In this document: positions 50,889 to 61,876 of the stretch, in pieces
Layout of the letters: every line of letters starts with the position of its first letter
How positions within the stretch are numbered: the first letter of the stretch is position 1
From: Mobula birostris
Taxonomy: Eukaryota
NCBI RefSeq assembly: GCF_030028105.1
Contig: NC_092395.1
Location: 33,014,424 to 33,078,423, forward strand
DNA length: 64,000 nt
Direction: 5' to 3'
The notes under the pieces: model-generated
Told to the model about the DNA's origin: nothing
Seen by the model: only the letters and a program-made list of their open reading frames with translations
Databases searched by the model: none
Program-made: the position numbers and the translations under genes

Positions 50889-51600
50889 CTTGCAAATGTG
50901 TTCCTTGCAGCTTTATGTGTTAACCTGTGGGGGTTGTATTCTTTCACCATAAGGGACTGTCATGCATGAAGAACTCTGCTCACATTCTCTGATTCTTCTG
51001 GTTTTCTGTTGCTTTGCTAATTTGTTTCTTTTTAATATTTTTATAATATTCATGCATGCTCAATATAGTGAAATAAAGATTCATCTCTCTGACTACTAGG
51101 ATGTGGAAGTTTCAACTTCATACTGTCATCGTTTCCTCTGACAAGTTCTAAAATGGTGCCAGCACCTTTCACCTGTGTTTCTCAATTTAAAAACTGCTTA
51201 GCTGAATATGCACCAAAGGTTATTTTCAAGTCGTTTTATCTCCGTTGACAGCAAAAAAAAATCAACATTTTCTTTTAATTTGAAGCAACTGAAGAATTAT
51301 TTTGAAATGATAAAAAATGATTTGCTGGAAATACAATGCAACACATTTTTTTTTGTTGGTGTTGGAGGTCTCAATCTTTGGAATGTACATAAAAATCAAC
51401 CTGATCTTCTTTCTTTCCAGATACAGGGAGACCTGTTGTGTATTTATAGTCTTTAAACTTGACTTGATTTCCAGCATAATCTAACTTATAATTTATATCC
51501 TTCCAGACAACCTAATTAGGATCATTACTGGTGGTATTAAAAAAAATTGTGAAGGAATTGGCAATAAATTATTCAGATACATTTTAATTTGCCTTTGCAG

Positions 51601-51729
51601 CATATGTTGGGAGATGGCGAGAACACAAAAATGAGAGTGGCTGAGTTGGAGGATGAAGTGAAGACATTGAAGAAGATCAATAGGGATTTGTATGATTTTT
51701 CAGTGCAAGTTCTGACCAAACAGACATAA
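51601..51729 (+). CDS. WDR18: WDR18 last coding exon with stop codon; missed by the ORF track
   Basis: Acceptor tttaatttgcctttgcag|CAT. HMLGDGENTKMRVAELEDEVKTLKKINRDLYDFSVQVLTKQT* matches the WDR18/Ipi3 C-terminal coiled coil (RV.ELEDEV..L.KINRDL.DFS). Confidence 0.95.
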   Translation, partial: HMLGDGENTKMRVAELEDEVKTLKKINRDLYDFSVQVLTKQT

Positions 51730-53014
51730 AGAAAAGAGATGAAGAAAGAAAATCCTGCAAATTATGTGGCTCTCAATGTCAAATATTAGTAATATGCCAA
51801 CACCAGCTATGAAAAATGAATTGGTACACTCAATAATATCCTATTTATATGAGTCTGTTTAATTTGAATTATTTGTACTGAGCTTTCAGAGGTCAGAGAT
51901 GTTTGTCTCCTGCGTTACTACCCGTTTGCATAGTCAGGTCCAGTTAACTCAGATTGTCCATGTGGTCTTTTTAGCTAAGTTGATTCCCCATATTGGTATT
52001 GCTGAGTATAAACTTGCCAAATTTGCTATTCTTGGTGTGGAGAGGCCAGTCAGCATTGGGCCTGCTACAGTTTCGTTTTTGCAGTAATAAGCCTCTACTT
52101 TTGTTTGCATTTTGAGAATCTATTTGCAAATACAACAGAGCTTACATTCAGGTCCTCTCCATACTGTTCATAACCTGGACAGTTCACAAATTGGAAATGC
52201 GGCCATGAACTCAGATCCTGGCAGGAGCTTCAAGTAAGAGCCCAAAAATTTACACCTCCAGTCTCCTAAATGCTTGTGTGTATGGACTGTACATAAATTG
52301 GGAGTTTGTAACCTGTATACAGATTGTGCACAACCCAAGTGCTGGCAGTTTGAGCTCTTTTGGCACATAGTCAGTTCTGATTCCTTTTTAAAATATTTAC
52401 AAACTTATTAGTACATGGACTTAAAGTTTACTGTGATGGTTTATGCCATGGTACACAAAAAGGCAAAGCTTGGACATTTACAATTTCTAATTCTATGCCA
52501 AAGGCCTGAGCTTTTTAATTCACAGTACAGTAAATATCTTCAGTCTGAATATGTAAGATTTATTCCATAATCCAAGCCAATGAGGTCCAGGTCAATACAT
52601 TGTCTAAATGGTGCTTTTCTTAATAAGTGTGACTATTCCTATATTCATATAGTTACTTAAAAAGAATTCTGCCTTTGTGCCTTCCCCTCTTCCTCTGGAG
52701 AATTTGCCTTTTATTTCCCAGTTCCACAGAGCAGTGTGAATCATAGTCATAGACCCAGTTCTGTGCATTCTCAAAAGTGGTCTTCAACCAAGGTGTTTAG
52801 GATTGTGCTGTTAAGATAGTTCCTGAAGGAACTAATGTGATCAAGTGATACTGTTGTCCTGTTTTGAACAGTAAATGAAAGAACATCTTGTGTGTGTGCT
52901 GACTCATGAAAGAGGTTAGAATCCCAACTCTCACTTCAGTATTTGTGTTCCTGTTTGTACCATTAACATTTTCTCAGTGTGTATTTCTGGGGGCATTTAT
53001 CCAATTATTTTTTA

Positions 53015-53020
53015 AATAAA
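53015..53020 (+). promoter_or_regulatory. Candidate WDR18 polyadenylation signal
   Basis: First canonical AATAAA I found after the stop codon, implying a 3' UTR of about 1.3 kb. No transcript evidence; variant signals occur earlier. Confidence 0.3.
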
Positions 53021-53393
53021 TAAGTTAACACCAAATGTTGACTTTGTATCCAGCACTTGTGCTTAATTCTGCCTGAAATAAGATTATCTTTGTCAAACTG
53101 TACTCATTCTGACTTGAAATTGATATTAACTTTTACCACTAGGATTCTTTTATTAATGTAAAGATGACAGCTGATGAGCACAACAGAATATTTAATTCAG
53201 CATCATGACAGGACCTGCAGTGTATCTAAATAAAGGACAGTGTATGAGGCAAAAACTAGTGAAATTTCAACACACATTCTGCATGGTTATGAGCTAAGTT
53301 GCATTGTTAAGTACTGATGATCTGTTTTGATCTAACACAACCAGTAGAAATATCTCCAGTAAAGTTCTGAAGATTTCCATTTCTAATGCACAG

Positions 53394-53577
53394 AACTGTC
53401 AGTCTTTATTCAAAATCCTGAATAGCCTCCACCTCGGGAAGAGACCAAGAATAAGAAAATGGCCAAACTGGAGTGTGTGGTCTCCAGATTCTACCCGGAG
53501 CAAATAACTATCATCTGGGAGAAAGGCAGCATCATGATCACCTCCAACACCAGCACTACACTAACTGTTCTGGAATC
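53394..53577 (+). pseudogene. Immunoglobulin heavy-chain constant (C1-set) domain fragment, IgW/IgNAR-like
   Basis: After ttccatttctaatgcacag (phase 1) it reads (E)LSVFIQNPE*PPPREETKNKKMAKLECVVSRFYPEQITIIWEKGSIMITSNTSTTLTVLE, containing the C1-set pattern PP..EE...A.L.C.V..FYP..I.I.W.K. One stop codon; truncated before the second Cys. Confidence 0.7.
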
Positions 53578-54440
53578 TTACAAGTGTGGTGTACAGTTCT
53601 GGTCACCAAACTTCAAACAGGCTGTGTTTGCACAAGAGCTGTGCAGGAAATTCACCAAGATGTTGATTAGATTGGAGGACTTTAGTCACAGAAGAGATTG
53701 TGTTTGCTGGGCTTGTTTTCTTTAGAGTGGAGGCAGCAGGGGTGATCTGGTAGAAGGAAAGATTATGAGAGGCATAGGTATAGTAAATGGTCAAGACATT
53801 TGTTTCATGATGTATGTATCATAAACAAAGGGGCCATATGTTTAAGGTGAGAGGAAGGTGTTTTGAAGGAATCCGAAGCAATGTTTTTTTACACAACGTG
53901 GTTGATATCCTTAACTTGCTATCAGAGGAAGTGGTGGAATATAGTGACTATGTATGAGAGGTATTTAGGACAGACTTAAATGGACAAAACAATGAAGGAT
54001 ACAGCCAGGTGTGATTAGTGTAGATGGGCAAAAGGATTGATGTGAGTATGGTGGATCAAAAGGATTGGTGTGGGTATGGTGGTCCAAAAGGGTTGGTGTG
54101 GTTATGGGGGTGGGGGGGCAAAAGATTTGGTATGGGTATGGTGGACCAAAAGGATTGGTATGGGTATGGTGGGCCAAAAGGATTGGTGTGGGTATGGCGG
54201 GCTAATAGGATTGGTGTGGGTATGGCGGGCTAAAAGGATTGGTCTGGGTATGGTGGATCAAATGAATTGGTTTGGGTATGGTGGGTCTAATGAATTGGTA
54301 TGGGTATGGTAGGCTAAAAGGATTGGCATGGGTATGGTTGGTCTAAAGGATTAGTATTGGTATTTGTAGGCCAAGTGACTTAGTATGGGGCGGGGGGGGG
54401 GAGGGGGGAGGAGACATGTTCTGTGCTGCACAAGCAATTC
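53578..54440 (+). mobile_element. Degenerate 5'-truncated CR1 with a minisatellite in its 3' UTR
   Basis: VQFWSP...RKFTKMLIRLEDFS, ttaaggtgagaggaagg and tttaggacagacttaaatgg; tail end tgttctgtgctg near 54418. Confidence 0.85.
54030..54400 (+). repeat. G-rich minisatellite, about 12-13 copies of a 28-bp unit
   Basis: Consensus AAAAGGATTGGTGTGGGTATGGTGGGCC, head-to-tail with no spacers. Confidence 0.92.
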
Positions 54441-55349
54441 CAGGTTGGGAGGATAAGCCTTGGTATTTGTCAAATTTTGAAAATGAATTGTAACTTGTTT
54501 TAACAACAGAATGATGGTAAGTAGAAGTTGCTGAATCTGCTAAAATAATCAGCGTTGTAAAGGTATTACTGTACAGAGTAGGCTATTTAGTCCATCAAGT
54601 CTGTGCCAGCTCTCTGGAGCAATTCTGTTCGTTCCATTTTCCAGCTGTGTTTTATAGTTCCCTAAAGTGGCTTGGAATTTATTTTAGAAATTGTTAATTA
54701 TCTTAGCATTCAAAGGGTATTAATTCTCTGTTGATAGCCAGGTTCATTCAGCAAAAACTTGAATTTGGTATCCAGATGACTGTTCTGTAGAAACACAGAG
54801 CAGTTTCAGAGGAGTTGAAAACATTCAATGTCCTATGCAATCCTCTCAAAGTCCAAAAATATTTTAACCTATATTTCAATTTGCTGTGCAATGTTCAGAG
54901 GTAAAGGGCTTCGTGCGACAGCTCCCCAACATTGATGCCATCAGTAGGCAACAACACTACAGCAGCAAAGTGAATGACAACTAATTTAGTAACAGAAATA
55001 ACTGCAAGATTCAGGTATCAAAATTGACACTGAGTTTTCACTTGCAATGAGACCAGTTACCAAGCGTCAGAAGTCTACAGGAAGAAAATGCATTTAGGAC
55101 TCATTTGATTTCATATTTAAGAGTATGTAAGAAGGGGGATTATATAAATGTTCCTTCAGAACTGTATGTAATTATCCTGCAATAATCGTGACTATCTTAT
55201 GTGATTATGATTGTTGTTAACTTTATTTTGCTTTCTGCCTGTACTGTAATTAATTCCGATGCTTGACTTTAAAAGATCCATTCTGTTCATCGGCTTTCAG
55301 GAATACAGGATATCTAATGTTTTTAAATCACTTCCTAAAACTTCGTAGC

Positions 55350-56600
55350 AAACCATGAAAAATAAATCCAGATGGTGTGAATCTGGAAAAAAAAGGTGGA
55401 AGCACCCAAAAGGTCAAGCAACATCTATGGAAACAGAAACAGAATTAAGGTTTCAGGTCAACGACCTTTATCAGAACTGAGAAAAGCAAGAAAATACTTG
55501 TGTTTTATGCGGGGAGAGAGGGATTGAGAGAACAAGGGGAATGACCAGGTGACAAGCAGTTCTCATCGCCAGAGAAAAATTGAGGACAGATTGTTGATCA
55601 TAGCTACTCTTTTTGGAGGTGGTGTAAACGGAGGGCAATGGATGTGAGGGCAGTAGAGAGGGGAAAAATAATGAAACAAAAAAGTCACAATAGATCATTG
55701 CGGGAAATCAAACTACAGAGAATGCTGGAAATAATCAGCATGTTTGACAGCATCTGCACAGAGAGAAAAAACAGAAATTGTTGAACTCAATACTTAGTTA
55801 CCCAGGCTGCTTCATACATAGATGCAAGATGAATTGCCATTCCTAAATCATATAATGGACTTTGTTGGAACAACATAGGAGGCCCGAGACAGGGATATGA
55901 ATGTGAGGATTACAATGAAAGCTCAGGGTCATCTTTACAGACTGAATAGAGGTATTTTGCAAAACTACCACCTGATTTGTGTTTGATTTTGCAATCAATT
56001 CCAAATGCAGACCAGGGCATTTGAAGCTGCCCAAGTGAATTGCTGTCTCATTTGGAAGTACTTCTTAGATTCCTGGCTGATGGGAAAGGAAGAGGTAAAG
56101 AGCCGTGGTTGGACCTACTGTCGCTGGATGGGAGACTGCTACAAGGAGGAGTGGTTGATAGACATGGAAGAATATATCCAGGATTCCAGAAGGAACAGTT
56201 CCTTCAGAATCCTGAAAGGACGAGAAGGTGCATCAGGTGATTGAATCCATTTCAAGGAGGCATAATTTACTTGGGATGGTTTGTTGGATGTAGAAGATGG
56301 TGGAATAGAAAGTGAGCACATAAGGATCTCTATATTTGTGCAGGCTGGAAGGAAATAAGGTGGGACAGTCCAGTTTTATAAGAAGTAGAACTGATGCAAG
56401 TGAGAGCCCTGTCAAAAGCAAAACTATAGTTAAGAAGCAAGCATGACAGGTCTAAAGCACCAGTTTGGAAGCTTCATCAGAACAGATGGAACAGTGCGAA
56501 AGAAACTGAATGGTGTTTTTACAGGAAGCTGTGGGGGTATATGAGCTTGATGGATGTTGGGCACTAACTTACCTTCTGACGTATGCATAAGTCAAGACAA
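55350..56600 (-). mobile_element. Old Penelope-like element with two tandem terminal-repeat copies
   Basis: Terminal motifs at 55360-55480 and 55705-55795 (agaatgctggaaataatcagc...agcatctg). Eroded reverse ORF sequence follows (ggaacagttccttcagaatcctgaaagg; agctgtgggggtatatgag). Confidence 0.6.
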
Positions 56601-56832
56601 GAAGTCCGAAATAAACCATGTGAAAATGGCAGGGTGAAAATTATCAACAAAAGATAATGACATTTGAGTTCTCTATGAGTGCAGGAAGCAGCAAGATCTT
56701 CATTAATTACAAGACAAAGAGGTGATGGAAGGCTCCCGAGTAGGAATGAAACAAGAAGTGTGTCTTGTATACCCCCTGAAGAGACAGATGTAATTGATGC
56801 AAGTTTCCACAGCTATACTTTGAATTAAAATA

Positions 56833-57178
56833 TAATATTGTGCAGAAGTCTTAAATACCTATATGTAAACAGGATACCCAAGAATTGCACAGTACTGTAT
56901 TTATCAGAGTTGATCGGAGAGCAAGTTTGGCAATCTGGCTGGAGCCAAGGACGTTGGGGATGGTGAGGGTGGAGCTCCGTGGGAGCGGTGTGGGACAAGT
57001 GGCAGAAAAGAAGTGCTGGGCAGGGGTGTGGCACCAACACATCCAGCCCTGAGACACTAGGCAAGATCATTTCATTCCAAAGAATTGGTTTATTGATCTT
57101 ACAATATATCTCTTTGATGCTTCCTGCTCCCTCCCCTCTCCCTTCCCCTTTTCCCAACCACGATTGCACTTTCCCTGC
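56833..57178. mobile_element. Truncated second copy of the composite element at 36661-37238
   Basis: Left palindromic module (tgtgcagaagtctta...tgcacagtactgta) and core ccagccctgagacactaggcaagatcatttcattccaaagaattggtttattgatc are colinear with 36730-37030. Confidence 0.8.
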
Positions 57179-57889
57179 TTGATGCTGCGGACAGAGGATG
57201 TGACATTGAGATGGTGCTTTACTGCTGTGGGATCAACACAGATGGCATGTGGACATGGGATCAACACAGACGCCATTTTTCATTCTTCCCAAGACAAGGA
57301 AAATGTTGACAGTTGATCAAAGAAAATTAGCAGCTTTGGTATATTATGTATCCAAACAAGTACTCAAAACGATTGCTTTCCTTGATAAATTGACATGTGA
57401 TCAATCTCTAATTCAATTACGTTCTTTATTTTGTCTGAAAGATTTTAATTATACAAACTGTATAAAGTTGTGCAGTGTGTTAAGGGGAAGGGGAGGTTAG
57501 AAAGGAACAGCATAATACAGTGACAGCAGGGAAATAAAGAAATTACCCTATCATCGTGATGTCATGAAAAGGCCATGGAGGGCTGGCACACAGTTGCCAT
57601 TGCTGGGTCACCTTCTGTCATGCATGTAATAGGCAAGGCAACAGCAGCAACTGTAAATGTAGAACAAGTACCTGAAGGAGAGTGGGAATTAGTGAAGGGA
57701 GTGTTAGGAGGAGAACTTGATTATAATAGCATATTCACAACTGTAACAATGAAGTCAATTACTTTTAAGCATGCATTTTGGCCTTGTGCTTAAGATTTAC
57801 TCAAAATAAATCCAAGATGCAACCTTTATTCCCCACATTCTGCCATTTGGATTTTCCCTGTCTTTCCCAATAAGTGAAGTAATTCAGTA

Positions 57890-58722
57890 AATAGCTCAAA
57901 TGCCATCTATAAATTTGCTGATGATACGACTACTGCTGGCAGAATTTCAGATGGTGATGAGAGGGCGTATAGGAACGAGATTTATCAGTTAGTTGAATGG
58001 TGTCGCAGCAACAACCTTGCACTCAACATCAGTAAGGCCAAAGAACTGACTATAGACCAGAAAGGGTAAGAGGAGGGCACACACGCCAGTCTACATAGAG
58101 GATCAGAAGTGGAAAGAGTGAGCAATTTCAAGTTCCTGGATGTCAATATCTCTGAGGAGCTATCCTGGACCCAACATATCAATACAGCCACAAAGAAGGC
58201 ATGACAGCAGCTTTCATTGGGAGTTTGAGGGGATTTGGTATGTCACCAAAGATGCACAAATTTCTATGGATGTACCATGGAGAGTATTTTAACTGGCTGC
58301 ATCACTGTCTGGAATGGGTGGGGGTGGGAGATCGAAATAAGCTGCAGAGAGTTACAAACTCAGTCAGCACCATTATAGGTACCAGCCTCTGAACCATCCA
58401 AGGCATCTTCAAGAAGTGATGCCTCAAAAAGGCAGCACCCATCATTAAGGAACCCCATCACCCAGGTCATGCCTTGTTCTCATTGCTACAATCAGGAAAG
58501 GCATACAGAAGCCTGAAGACACACACTGAATGATACAGAAATAGCTTCTTCCCCACTGCTATCTGAATTTAGAATGGACATTGAACCCATGAACACTACC
58601 TCACTATTTTGCACTACTTATTTGATTTAACTATTATATATACACTTCCTGTAGTTCATGTTTTTCCTATGATTATGTATTGCATTGTGCTGCTGCCGCA
58701 AAGACAACAAATTTCACAACAC
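57890..58722 (+). mobile_element. Rex1/Babar LINE 3' fragment
   Basis: [44 protein letters not shown]; tail tattgcattgtgctgctgccgcaaagacaacaaatttc. Confidence 0.9.
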
Positions 58723-58870
58723 GAGGAAATCTGCAGACGCTGGAATTTCAAGCAACACACATCAAAGTTGCTGGTGAACGCAGCAGGCCAGGCAGCATCT
58801 CCAGGAAGAGGTACGGTCAATGTTTTGGGCCGAGACCCTTCGTCAGGACTAACTGAAAGAAGAGCTACGG
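58723..58870 (-). mobile_element. Penelope-like terminal repeat containing an eroded hammerhead motif
   Basis: acgaggaaatctgcagacgctgg...gcagcaggccaggcagcatc...ttttgggccgagacccttcgtcaggact. Confidence 0.75.
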
Positions 58871-59712
58871 CACGGTTTTAATACAAGTTAAAATTTTAAA
58901 TATCCATAGTGACGATGGAAATAGATGGTTGAGGCTTTTGAATTAGATATACACTTGAGGGCAAATATTGTTCAGTGCTGTAGGGTTAGTTCTGGGGAGT
59001 GGGCCTGATTGGATGATCAGCCCAGAATTAATGGGCTGGAGGTTTGTTTCCTGTGCTGAACCTTGCAAATCTTTTCATTTAGATGTTTAGTGCAAATACA
59101 CTGATTTAAATGAGTTACTCATTATGTATGTATCCCATCTTTAGCAAAGTCTTTCAGTGTTAGTTTGTAAAATCTGATAAACCCGACTTGTAAAGCAGTC
59201 ATATTCGTTAATATTTCAACAGATGAAGGATTTTGGCTGTAATCCACACAATGAAATCACAGACCATGTGCGTTTCAAGGTGAATACCTTAGACAGCAGT
59301 GTCACAGGTATCAGCAGCTGCTGCACCAGGCAGGAATTATCTTTTAGTTGGGCGGGGGGGGGGGGGGTGGAATTGTAAACTTTTGCCAAACATTTTCCAA
59401 GATCAATCTTTTGTCTCTCAATTTTAAAAAATGAATAATGGCTCCTTAGGGAAGATGTCAGATGATGCCTGTCATTTATAGAGATGTTGATTCATCAGCT
59501 CAGAAAAAAATTACTATTAGTCCATCACTTAGAAAATTTTCTATTTTCAAAATTTAAAAGTTTGCATGAGGAAGACATTTACTAATGTTGTTGCATGTGA
59601 CAGGAAAACCTTTGCATGTCTCCCCACCACGGAAGGCTATATGTCTTAAATTGATGAATATTTACTCATGTCCCTTGGTAATGCAATATCTTCAGGTTCC
59701 TAATCCAAAGTA

Positions 59713-61876
59713 TATAAAAGCGAGAATAGCAATGGCAAGAACAACATTTACAGAAATGAGAACCATCCTAACGAACAAGAAAATAGCAATTAACATCTGC
59801 CTTAGAACTCTCAGCTACTACATTCTTCCTATGTTGATGTACGGCTGCGAGTCATGGACCATCACAAATGCAATGGAAAAAAGAATCAAAGCAGCAGAGA
59901 TGTGGTTCCTCAGAAGAATGCTGTGCATATCATATGTGGTGGTTGTCTCTCGGGGTCTGAGGAAGACCAAACATTGTGCAGTCATCTGGATACACATGTG
60001 GCTTCGGAGGCCAAAGGCTGAAGCACACATGCGGTTGCAGGTTGGACGTGGAATGGCGGTTGTTAGAACAGGTGCACATACAGCTTTGTGGTATCAGTCT
60101 CGTGCTGCTGCAAGGCGCTGATTCCGGTCATTCTCAAAGTCAGATGCAGCTTTTCTGGTCAGGGCATGCCATGCAGCCCTGTCGACTGCGGACTCCTCAA
60201 GTTGTCGAGGCTGGCGGTCTGCCCATTTGATGTACGATTTCAGATTGTCTTTGAATTTATTTTTGGGGTGGCCCTGATTGCGACTGCCATGTTCAAGCTC
60301 ACCGTAGAGCAGCTGCCTGGGGATTCTTGTTTCACCCATGCAGACTACATGCCCAGTCCAGCGTAGCTGGGCGTGGAGGATCCTTGCCTCAATGCTTGTG
60401 CTGTTGGCTCTGTTAAGGACTTCCTGGTTGGTGATTTGGTCCTGCCATTGAATCCTCATGATCGACTGCAGAGAGCGCATGTGAAACTGCTCCAGCTGTT
60501 TGATGTGCCTGCGGTACAGGGTCCAGGTTTCGCAGTCATACAGGGGAGAGATGAGGACCGCAGCCTTGTACACCTTGAGCTTGGTTGAAAGCTGAATGTC
60601 CTTGTGCTCCAGAACTTTGACACGGAGTTTCCCGAGTGCTTGCTGGCTTTCTGGATCCTTGCTATGATCTCTTTGTCAAGGGATCTGTCACTGGAGATTG
60701 TGCTTCCTAGATACTTGAAGCTCTCCATATTCTTCAGGACAATGCTGTTGATGGTGATGCATGGCTGAGGAGGGTGACTGATTGGTGCAGGTTGCAGGAG
60801 AACTTCTGTCTTACTGAGGCTGATTGTCAGTCCGAACAGCTTTGAGGCTGCGGAGAACTTGTCGACAATCGTCCACAGATGGTTCTCCTGGTGGGGCATG
60901 AGGGCACAGTCATCAGCAAACAGGGCTTTAGTGATGAGCCTCCTCAACATTTTGGTCTTTGCAGCAAGGCGTCTCAGGTCAAACATCGATCCGTCTAAGC
61001 GATATCTTATGTAAATACCCAGGTCCAGGTCCTTAACAGCATGCTTCAGCATTTGGGTGAAGAGGCATCTCATTACTTTCCATTGCTGGAAAAATCCTTG
61101 CCCGCATCATCCTCAACAGACTGATTCCAACAGTGTCAAAAGTGAACTTTCCTGAGTCACAATGCAGCTTTCGTCCCAAACGCAGTACTGTCGACATGAT
61201 CTTCGCAGTGAGACAGATACAGGAGAAGTGCCTGGAACAGAACATGACATTATACTCTGTCTTCACTGATCTGATGAAGGCGTTTGACATGGTCAACAGA
61301 AACGCACTGTGGATCATCCTTAGAAAGTTTGGCTGCCCGCAGAAATTCACTACGCTCATCCGCCTGCTCCACGATGGCATGACAGGAGAAGTATTCCCAG
61401 ATGGTTCCCCATCTGAGAATTTCAACATCTCAAATGGTGTGAAGCAACGGTGTGTTCTAGCACTAGTGCTCTTCGATCTCTTCTTCATCCAAATGAAGCA
61501 TGCTGTTAAGAACCTAGACCTGGGTATTTACATAAGATATCGCTTAGATGGCATATCATAAACGGACAGGATAACCAACGAAGAAGTTCTACAGAGAATG
61601 AATACAAAACGTACATTACTTTAAAAAAGTCAGAAAACAGCAATCAAAATTCTTTGGTCACATCATGCGAAGAGAGGCATTAGAACATTTAGTTACAACT
61701 GGAAAGCTGGAAGGGAAAAGAAGCAGAGGCAGACAGAGAATGAAAATGATAGATGGAATAACATCATGGTTAGAAACAGGGGAGGCAACAACTACAATTC
61801 GGAGGGTTAGGGACCGTGATGAATGGAGAGACATGATCGCCCACGCCAAACGGCAAGGCTCCTGAATGAATGAATG
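59713..61876 (+). mobile_element. 5'-truncated RTE LINE (host) with 11-bp TSD AATCCAAAGTA, split by a nested insertion
   Basis: TSD at 59702-59712 and 61877-61887. YGCESWTIT...AEMWFLRRML.IS continues after 61560 with TNEEVL...GHIMRREALEHLVTTGKLEGKRSRGRQR; (TGAA)n tail. Confidence 0.93.
59935..61550 (-). mobile_element. Second RTE-family LINE with 5' inversion and 10-bp TSD GCATATCATA
   Basis: TSD at 59925-59934 and 61551-61560. Minus segment 59935-61064 (LFADDCAL, FKYLGSTIS, LRWTGHV); plus segment 61061-61550 (RGISLLSIAGKILARI, FRPKRSTVDMIF). Confidence 0.93.

Noticed and set aside
54030-54400. 28-bp repeat array as a CRISPR, and the overlapping W/G-rich ORFs as genes
   Set aside because: Units are head-to-tail with no unique spacers, the context is a eukaryotic CR1 tail, and the ORFs are translations of the repeat.
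59585-60121. 178-aa ORF
   Set aside because: Chance fusion of host RTE coding sequence with the antisense tail of the nested RTE.
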